Source: Candidatus Sulfotelmatobacter sp.
GTDB taxonomy: Bacteria; Acidobacteriota; Terriglobia; Terriglobales; Acidobacteriaceae
Direction: 5' to 3'
NCBI GenBank assembly: GCA_049280095.1
Contig: JBAPPL010000028.1
Location: forward strand, 260,362 to 324,361
Length of the DNA stretch: 64,000 bases
In this document: in pieces, positions 57,414-64,000 of the stretch
Layout: every line of letters starts with the position of its first letter
Position numbering within the stretch: position 1 is the stretch's first letter
Translations under genes and position numbers: made by a program
Notes under the pieces: model-generated
Database searches by the model: none
Seen by the model: the letters and a program-made list of their open reading frames with translations, nothing else
Told to the model about the DNA's origin: nothing

Positions 57414-57512
57414 GAATTGCTGATTGCTAATTGTTGATTGCTGATTGCAACCCAGAGTCGATCAGCTTTTCAATCATCAATCATCAATCATCAATCATCA
57501 ATCATCAATCAT
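57414..57512. repeat. two heptamer arrays, (TGATTGC)x5 and (CAATCAT)x6, in near-inverted orientation
   Basis: 57414-57448 reads gaattgc tgattgc taattgt tgattgc tgattgc. 57471-57512 holds six perfect caatcat units. The arrays are reverse complements except for one position per unit. Confidence 0.9.
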
Positions 57513-57522
57513 CAATAACTTC

Positions 57523-58779
57523 TCAGCCACTAGCAGTGCGGCTCCGGATTTCAGAAAGCAGAAACACGATCAGGATGAACAACTCCGGTTCGATCGGATG
57601 GCGGTAGCGGGCATGCGGAAACACGAAGTAATAGACCGTGGGATAAGTTGCGACGAGTCCGGCGAAAAGCCACGCTCCGGGCCGCTTTTGCCGCAGCGCA
57701 CGACCGAGTCCCCAGATCGCCAGCACTGACGATGCCAGGAAAAGCGAACTGCGGAAATCCCAGGGAGCTGTGCTGTGCGTCGGTCTGGGCACTCCATTCC
57801 AGAAATAGAAGAAACGCTTCATGCTGATCAGTGCGAACCGCTGCGGATGCTCGCGAATCCAATCGAACGCCAGCCGCCTGCAGTCGGCCTCGTAGGCAAT
57901 TTCGCCCATGCGTTGAAACTTCTCGAGCTCTAGCTTATTGAGATTGGGCTGCAGGGTCGCGATCAGCATGCCGTCGGCCATCTTGTTGTTGCCGAGACGA
58001 AACTGCAATCCGAAATCGTCACGAATGAAAACGAAGCGTCCAAAGACCTCGTAGTTTCGAATCAGCCACGGAGATAGAACCAGAAAGAACACAAAAGAGG
58101 AAAGCACGACGCCGGCGAGCGACGGCAGTCCACGCCGGTATCTCTGCCGCCACACCCAAAGGCCGCAGAACGGCAGAAAGGCGAGCATCGCGGGATTTGC
58201 CAGAGCCCCAACGCCCCACAATATGCCGAACAGTGTCCATCCTCGCCAACCCGGCCACTGCTGCAGTTCCAGAGAAAGCCAAAAAACTAATGCCAGCATC
58301 AGCGGAGTGAAGGTCGTGTCCCATATCCAATGAACCGACCAGTACCAGACATAGGGATTAAGCGCCCACGCCCCGGCCGACCACAGTGCAACGCGCGGGC
58401 CGAAGGTCCGGTGCGCAGTCAGGAATACCGGAATAGTGGTGAGCGATGCAAAAAAACTATTGATCGACAGCAATACCCATGCGGATGCGTAAGTGTAAAC
58501 GCCAAAAACCTTGAAGACTCCGCCAATCAGGTAGGGATAGAGCGGTGGCTCCCAGGCGGTGGGACCGGCATTGCCTCCATAAGGATTGCTGAACCCCTGC
58601 CCCAGAGCGATCGAACGGCCGACGCGGCCCATCTCAAAGCCGAAGCCGAAGTTATCTTCTCCGGGGCGAGTGCGATACTGGCGGAGAATTCCGATCGCCA
58701 CCAATTGCAGAAGAAACGAAAGCAGCACCATCCACAACACCGATCGCGGCATGGCTGGGAGATGCGGTCGTTCCATCAC
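57523..58779 (-). CDS. GT39/ArnT-like polytopic membrane protein
   Basis: About 10 TM segments. FGFEMGRVGRSIALGQGFSNPYG...PPLYPYLIG, similar in style to GT39/PMT_2 proteins. Confidence 0.5.
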   Translation of the reverse strand: MMERPHLPAMPRSVLWMVLLSFLLQLVAIGILRQYRTRPGEDNFGFGFEMGRVGRSIALGQGFSNPYGGNAGPTAWEPPLYPYLIGGVFKVFGVYTYASAWVLLSINSFFASLTTIPVFLTAHRTFGPRVALWSAGAWALNPYVWYWSVHWIWDTTFTPLMLALVFWLSLELQQWPGWRGWTLFGILWGVGALANPAMLAFLPFCGLWVWRQRYRRGLPSLAGVVLSSFVFFLVLSPWLIRNYEVFGRFVFIRDDFGLQFRLGNNKMADGMLIATLQPNLNKLELEKFQRMGEIAYEADCRRLAFDWIREHPQRFALISMKRFFYFWNGVPRPTHSTAPWDFRSSLFLASSVLAIWGLGRALRQKRPGAWLFAGLVATYPTVYYFVFPHARYRHPIEPELFILIVFLLSEIRSRTASG

Positions 58780-58827
58780 CGGGGAGTTTATCAGGTCTAA
58801 GCGGGTGCCTCGCGGAACCCATCCCTT

Positions 58828-60936
58828 CTAGAGTTGGCCTCCCGACGACGGCGGCGACTGTGCCGGCTGCCCCGCTGGCGTTGCATCCTGCCGCGGCACC
58901 ACGTAAGGGACCTTAGGTAGGTGCGTGACCTGGCCGCGCGTGGCGTCGGCGACGTTGATGCCGGTATGGTCGAGCAGCAATCCCGTGGCGCGATCCAGTT
59001 CGATGCGCGACTTCTCATAGGCCGCCTTGGCGGAGACCAGATTCGACTCGCTGGTAGTGAGGATCGAGGCATCCTGCAGGATCGCCGTGGTGGTGGTGAG
59101 TCCGACTTTCAACTTTTGTTGATCGGCGTCGAGAGTCTGGCGCGCAAAGTCGACCGCATACTGCGCCGCCTGCACTGCGGCACGGTTCTGCTTCACATCG
59201 AACTGGGCGTTGCGCACTTCGATGCGTATTTGATTTTCCAGTTGGTGCAGTCGCACCTGCGCCTGGCGGTATTCGAGTTCCGCGCGCACCTGGTTGGCCT
59301 GCGCTTCCCGATTGCGCAGCGGGATCGAAAGGCTGAGGCCAATACCCTTGTCAGGCGCGGTCGAGTTAAAAAGCTGATTCAGGGTTCCACCGTAGCTGAC
59401 GGGACCGCCGTTGGCAAAGGGAGGCGGCGCGGTTGACTCGCTAAAGCAGGTTGAGGGGGCAGCACAAGTCGGTGGCAACAGCGCCGGATTGACATTCCCT
59501 CCAACCCCAGATCCGCCGTAATAAGCGTAGGCATCGAGCGTGGGAAGCATCGCGTTGCGCACGGCTTTGCTGCTGAGGTCGCGGGAATTGAGATCAATGC
59601 GCGATTCGACCAGTTCAGCACGATGGTCGAGAGCCTGATTGATGAGGTCTTGAATGGGAACCACCGCTTCTTCCTGCGGAACCTGCATGCCGGAGGTGGG
59701 AATCACGTCAGCTTCCGCCAGCACAGGATCGTCGATGCTGCGGCTGAGCGCATTCTTCATCAACAGCTTTTGCAGTTCCAGATTGTTCTGCGCCAGAATC
59801 AGGTTCTGCTCGTCCGTCGAAACCGTGCTCTGCGCGCTCACCACCTGAATCGGCGGCACGGTGCCCACTTGCGCCTGCTGCTTGGTATCGGTCAGCGCCT
59901 TCTGCGCATAGGTAAGAGCTTCCTGTTGCACGCGCACGTTCTCGTAGGCATACACCAAGTCCCAATACATGTCTTCAATTTGATCGACGGTAGTGATGAT
60001 TTGCAGACGGAAGGCGACGTCGGAGATCTCCCGATTATTCTTGGCAATCCGAATAAAGCGGAGATTGGGAAGTGAACCGAAACCCTGCAACAAGTTTTGC
60101 GTGATCCTGAACTGGAAATTCGAACTCAGTTCTGGAGTCAGCAAGCTGGTTGGGTTGTTGGTGGTGATATGGCTGTTGTTGAATCCGGCGGCAATGCTCG
60201 TACCCCACTGAAAGCCTTGCGTGTAGGCGAAGCCGGCCGTATAGGTGTTCTGTCCCACGACCGGGACCGGACTGAAAACGCTGACCGATTCGGTGTCGTT
60301 CTTATCGAGTTGCAGCGTGCTGGTGACGATGGGATCGAAGCTGGCGATGGGTGACCCAATGCCAAGCGTGGAACTAACCAAGCCGTTGGTGCCGGTGCCC
60401 ACGCCGCTGGGCGCTACGGTAGTGCCTCCAGTGCCGGAACCCACTGTGCCGCCGAGGCCGCCCACGCCGCCGCCCGGAGTGTTCTGCACGATGCCGGCAT
60501 TCACGCCGAGAATATTGGCGCCTGACTTGGCCCGCAAGTAATCGGTGTCTGCGATATTGAGGTTGTAGCGGGCAATATCGATATCGAGATTATTTTCCAG
60601 GGCGAGTGCTACGGCGTCGTCAATCGAAAGATAAATCTTGCCATCGCGCATCAGCGAATCGATGCGCGGCGAGTTGCCAAGATTCGGCTCTGCCACCTGC
60701 TGCGGCTCGTAAGGCTGCAGGAAATGAGGAAAGGCCGAGCGCGGGTTCGAGTAATCCTGCAGGTGAACCGTCTGCGGCTGGGCGGCGGTTGGCGCGGCCT
60801 GCGGCGTTGGAGCGGCGGGAACATCCTGCGCGCGCAGGCACGGCTGCAGCTGCAGACAGGCCAAAAAGGCAGAGGCCGCCACTAACAGGGTTGGCCGCGG
60901 GTGGGCTGCCGTCATTCGGGGCAGAAGCAAGAGCAT
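58828..60936 (-). CDS. TolC-family outer membrane factor, enlarged paralog 1
   Basis: ATG 60936 lies 7 nt after AAGGAG. Signal peptide. Two OEP-type repeats (LSIDDAVALALENNLDIDIARYN..., RAELEYRQAQVRL...). About 60% identical by eye to 61157-63274. Confidence 0.8.
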   Translation of the reverse strand: MLLLLPRMTAAHPRPTLLVAASAFLACLQLQPCLRAQDVPAAPTPQAAPTAAQPQTVHLQDYSNPRSAFPHFLQPYEPQQVAEPNLGNSPRIDSLMRDGKIYLSIDDAVALALENNLDIDIARYNLNIADTDYLRAKSGANILGVNAGIVQNTPGGGVGGLGGTVGSGTGGTTVAPSGVGTGTNGLVSSTLGIGSPIASFDPIVTSTLQLDKNDTESVSVFSPVPVVGQNTYTAGFAYTQGFQWGTSIAAGFNNSHITTNNPTSLLTPELSSNFQFRITQNLLQGFGSLPNLRFIRIAKNNREISDVAFRLQIITTVDQIEDMYWDLVYAYENVRVQQEALTYAQKALTDTKQQAQVGTVPPIQVVSAQSTVSTDEQNLILAQNNLELQKLLMKNALSRSIDDPVLAEADVIPTSGMQVPQEEAVVPIQDLINQALDHRAELVESRIDLNSRDLSSKAVRNAMLPTLDAYAYYGGSGVGGNVNPALLPPTCAAPSTCFSESTAPPPFANGGPVSYGGTLNQLFNSTAPDKGIGLSLSIPLRNREAQANQVRAELEYRQAQVRLHQLENQIRIEVRNAQFDVKQNRAAVQAAQYAVDFARQTLDADQQKLKVGLTTTTAILQDASILTTSESNLVSAKAAYEKSRIELDRATGLLLDHTGINVADATRGQVTHLPKVPYVVPRQDATPAGQPAQSPPSSGGQL

Positions 60937-61098
60937 GGGTCGTCTCCTTGAGTCAACACGGTCGTGCATCGTGTTAAAACGACAAATATAGATTTCCAGA
61001 GTTGAATGCGGAAAACATAAGAGCGTCACTCCATCTTAGCGGGACGGAGTGGAGGAATTGAGCGCGGGTCGCAAAGAATATTGTAAAGAATTGTGAGT

Positions 61099-61141
61099 AA
61101 GAAAAATAAGGCGCGGCCTCGTGCGAGGACGAACCGCGCCT
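61099..61141 (-). terminator. intrinsic terminator between the two TolC-like genes
   Basis: 8-bp outer stem AGGCGCGG/CCGCGCCT with an inner CCTCG/CGAGG stem. Followed on the minus strand by TATTTTTCT. Confidence 0.65.
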
Positions 61142-61156
61142 GTTTTGCTCGCGACG

Positions 61157-63274
61157 TTATTGCGGCTGCTGCGCAGGCGCTGCCTGCGGCAAGGGCTGGG
61201 CCACGGACGGCATATCCTTGCGCGGTGCGATGTAAGGCACACTCGGCATGCGGGTGACTTGACCTTTTGCTGCATCGTCAACGCTGATTCCGTCATGATC
61301 GAGCAGCGTGCCGGTGGCGCGGTCCAGTTCAATGCGCGACTTTTCGTAGGCCACCGTGGCATTCACCAGGCCCGATTCTGCCGTAGCCAACTGGCTCTGG
61401 TACTGCAGAACCAGCGTTGTGGTCGAGGTTCCAAACTGATATTTCTTCTGCTCGGCGTCGAGCGACTGCCGTGCTAGTTCCACGGCAGCTTGGGCGGAAT
61501 CCACGCTGGCGCGGTTTTGCTGTACGGCGTATTGCGCGTTGCGGATCTCGATCCCCACCTGATTCTCGATCTGCTGCAGCCGCATCTGAGCCTGCCGGTA
61601 TTCCAGTTCCGAGCGAATCTGCACGGCCTGCGCGGCGCGGTTGCGCAGCGGGATGTTCAGTTGCAAGCCGACACCCTTATCAGGCGAGGTAGAGTTAACG
61701 AGCTGGTTCAGCGTACTGCCAAGGCCAGTCGGGGAAGCTGTGAAGTCCAGTCCGCTGGGACCGCCGGTAGGGCTGGCGCAACCGAGGGCGTCCTGGATCG
61801 GAGTTGGATTGGGGGTGGCGCAAAGGTCAGCTGGGTTTTGCGTACCGCCCAGTCCGGCGCCACCGTAGTAGGCGAAAGCATTCAGCGTAGGCAGCAGGGC
61901 GCTGCGCACCGCCTTATTGCTCAGGTCGCGGCTGTTCAGGTCGATGCGCGACTCCACTAGTTCGGCGCGATGCCGCAACGCGTCATTAATCAAGTCCTCG
62001 GTGGGCACAACTTCCTCGTGCGCCGGAATTTCCATGGTGGAAGTAGGGATGACTTCGGAGGTGGCGAGGGTCGGATCCTTAAGAGTGCGCGTGAGCGCGT
62101 TCTTCATCAGCAATTGTTCCAACTGGAGGTTAGTCTGCGCCAGGGTAACCAGTTGTTGGTCCTGCGCTACGGTGCTCTGCGCGCGCACCGTTTCGATCGG
62201 AGCCAGGCTGCCGATCTCGACCTGCTTCTTGGTGTCGGACAAGGTTTTCTGCGCGAAGGCTAAGGACTCATTCTGCACGCGGGCGTTTTCGTAGGCGTAG
62301 ACCAGGTCCCAGTAGATGTTTTCAATCTGGTCGACAGAGTCAATGATCTGCAACCGGAAAGCTACATCTGTCAGTTCGCGATTGTTTTTGGCGATGCGAA
62401 TGAAACGAGTATTGGCAGGAAATCCAAAACCCTGCAGCAACGGCTGAGTGATCGTCATTTTAAAGTTTGAGTTGAGCTGAGGGCTTAAAGAAGAAAAAAA
62501 ACTGTTTGTGGTCTGCCGGTTATTGTTGAACGACACATTCAAATTCGTGCCCCATTGAAACGCCTGGTTGTAGGCGAAATTAACCGTGCCGGTGTTCTGA
62601 ATCAGGCTGCTGCCGGGAAGTACACCTTGAAAAATAGAACTCGCCTGCTGGCTGAAATGGTCTTCCTGCAACGTGCCGGTGATGACTGGATCAAAGCTCG
62701 TGATGTTCGGTCCAAGGCCGAGAGTCGAACTGACCAAGCCGTTGGTGCCGGCGCCGATGCCGCCTGCTCCCAGGCTGGTGCCGCCGGTAGAAGCTCCGGC
62801 AGTCGCGCCGATGCCGCCGACGCCGCCGCCCGGAGTGTTCTGCACAACTCCTGCATTGACGCCGAGGATGCTGGCTCCCGCTTTCGCGCGCAGCACGTCG
62901 GTGTCAGCTATGTTCAGGTTGTAACGCGCGATGGCGATATCCAGATTATTCTCCAGCGCTAGGGCAATGGCGTCGTTGAGTGAAAGATACAGCTTGCCAT
63001 CGTGCATGAACTGGTCAATGCGTGCCGTATTGGCCAGATTTGGATCGGCCAGATGCCGCGCTTCGTAGGGCGCAATCGGGTTGGGAAAATGCGATACCGC
63101 ATGGGAATAATTCATCACGGGAAGCGGACGCGCCTCGGGCGTGTTCTGCGGAGTGGGCGCAGCGGGCGGCTCCTGCGCCCAAGCTGTGACGGCGCAACCT
63201 GCGAGCGTCAGTGTTCCCAATAAAACCGCGGCCATGGTCAGCCGGATATTTGAGGTTAAGCGTGCGAATGGCAT
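61157..63274 (-). CDS. TolC-family outer membrane factor, enlarged paralog 2
   Basis: Signal peptide with LTLAGC. Same domain order and the same Gly-rich and Cys-pair inserts as paralog 1. Confidence 0.8.
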   Translation of the reverse strand: MPFARLTSNIRLTMAAVLLGTLTLAGCAVTAWAQEPPAAPTPQNTPEARPLPVMNYSHAVSHFPNPIAPYEARHLADPNLANTARIDQFMHDGKLYLSLNDAIALALENNLDIAIARYNLNIADTDVLRAKAGASILGVNAGVVQNTPGGGVGGIGATAGASTGGTSLGAGGIGAGTNGLVSSTLGLGPNITSFDPVITGTLQEDHFSQQASSIFQGVLPGSSLIQNTGTVNFAYNQAFQWGTNLNVSFNNNRQTTNSFFSSLSPQLNSNFKMTITQPLLQGFGFPANTRFIRIAKNNRELTDVAFRLQIIDSVDQIENIYWDLVYAYENARVQNESLAFAQKTLSDTKKQVEIGSLAPIETVRAQSTVAQDQQLVTLAQTNLQLEQLLMKNALTRTLKDPTLATSEVIPTSTMEIPAHEEVVPTEDLINDALRHRAELVESRIDLNSRDLSNKAVRSALLPTLNAFAYYGGAGLGGTQNPADLCATPNPTPIQDALGCASPTGGPSGLDFTASPTGLGSTLNQLVNSTSPDKGVGLQLNIPLRNRAAQAVQIRSELEYRQAQMRLQQIENQVGIEIRNAQYAVQQNRASVDSAQAAVELARQSLDAEQKKYQFGTSTTTLVLQYQSQLATAESGLVNATVAYEKSRIELDRATGTLLDHDGISVDDAAKGQVTRMPSVPYIAPRKDMPSVAQPLPQAAPAQQPQ

Positions 63275-63290
63275 CTACTCATCTCCGTTT

Positions 63291-63343
63291 GTAAGGACCG
63301 ATTCGTTAAGACCGATTTGTTAGGACAGTTGGTTAAGACCTTG
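63291..63343. promoter_or_regulatory. four tandem 13-14 bp repeats (GTTAAGACCGATT-like) upstream of TolC paralog 2
   Basis: Units are gtaaggaccgattc, gttaagaccgattt, gttaggacagttg and gttaagaccttg. They start 17 nt upstream of the start codon (minus strand). Confidence 0.55.
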
Positions 63344-63726
63344 CAACATGAAACTTGGTTGTACGTGAGACAACCCGGATTCACCCAAAATGGCGGTTCT
63401 ACTCAATTGCAGTTCCACTCAATCCTTGATACGCAAGCAGCGGCGCCCCGGTTCCTGAAAATATCTTTCGAAGAGCCCTCGGAAAAATCTCCCGAAACGC
63501 CCTAAATAAACGCGAACCTAGTTAAACGCACCAGTATATCTGACCCCGCCGCCTCTCTTTCGAGTTCTCCGGGAGGTGAAACTGATAAAGTGCTGGCGAT
63601 GGCCGAGCGACTCTCCGTAGAGCGAAATCATAGTTGCGTGAACCTGTCCCATGAAATGACTTGGATGAACCAGCGCGGCTGTAGGACTCGCGGCTGCAAG
63701 GCTTAGGGTCAGACTTATAAGATCGC

Positions 63727-64000
63727 ATGCGCAATCTCAAACTGATTCTCTCCTATGACGGTTCGGAATTCGCCGGCTGGCAAGTGCAGCCTGATGCCAT
63801 GACCATACAAGGCACGCTGGCCTCAGCCATTGGACGAGTTACGGGGGAAAAGGTATTGCCGCAAGGCTCGGGACGAACCGACGCTGGAGTGCACGCGCTG
63901 GCCCAGGTGGTGACGTTTGCCACAGAATCCCCAGTCCCTACCGCGAATTTCGTGAAGGCGCTGAACGATATTTTGCCGGCGTCAGTGCGGGTTCTGGAAG
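63727..64000 (+). CDS. truA: tRNA pseudouridine(38-40) synthase, 3' end cut by window edge
   Basis: MRNLKLILSYDGSEFAGWQVQP...GSGRTDAGVHALAQV (my own translation). Runs off the window. Confidence 0.85.
   Translation, partial: MRNLKLILSYDGSEFAGWQVQPDAMTIQGTLASAIGRVTGEKVLPQGSGRTDAGVHALAQVVTFATESPVPTANFVKALNDILPASVRVLE

Noticed and set aside
57414-57512. Possible CRISPR array or coding microsatellite. The plus-strand ORF 57445-57729 reads NHQSSIINHQSSIIN.
   Set aside because: The period is 7 nt with no spacers, so it is not a CRISPR array. The ORF is a translation artefact of the repeat and overlaps a minus-strand membrane-protein gene.

Overview
This is a 64-kb chromosomal segment with high GC by eye and dense coding on both strands. 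The gene content and the many interspersed GC-rich hairpin (REP-like) elements suggest an Acidobacteriota-type genome; that placement is inference only, since no search was possible. Most of the window is housekeeping. Envelope and lipid biogenesis genes are lpxD, lnt, the uppS-cdsA-dxr-rseP block, ispG and glycosyltransferases. Translation and RNA-modification genes are prfB (with its programmed +1 frameshift), tsaC, a TrmH-family methyltransferase and truA. Catabolic genes are a leucine-degradation block (carboxyltransferase, HMG-CoA lyase, enoyl-CoA hydratase), hutH and a split B12-dependent acyl-CoA mutase. No rRNA, tRNA, CRISPR array, transposase or integrase was recognised. Seven things stand out. 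(1) A six-gene, co-directional membrane-stress island (XRE regulator, NfeD, DUF1648-like protein, flotillin, glycine-zipper miniprotein, PspA) sits behind a near-consensus promoter with an embedded palindrome. (2) Short-period (7-8 nt) tandem repeat arrays lie at gene boundaries, and three of them are arranged as inverted arrays that predict long hairpins. (3) Two tandem, oversized (about 700 aa) TolC-like outer-membrane factor paralogs carry Gly-rich and Cys-pair insertions and have no pump partners nearby; four tandem 13-14 bp repeats precede the first of them. (4) A vapBC plus VOC-family insertion splits an orphan ABC permease pair. (5) The mutase subunit genes are split by an AlkA-like glycosylase and an ORF6N gene, and an unknown gene is tightly coupled to the B12 subunit. 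(6) A giant S53 (sedolisin-like) protease ends in an in-frame lipoprotein-signal-like segment. (7) An AT-rich divergent control region carries three AGTTAYTAAGT repeats. All functional calls rest on motif recognition by eye in the supplied translations.
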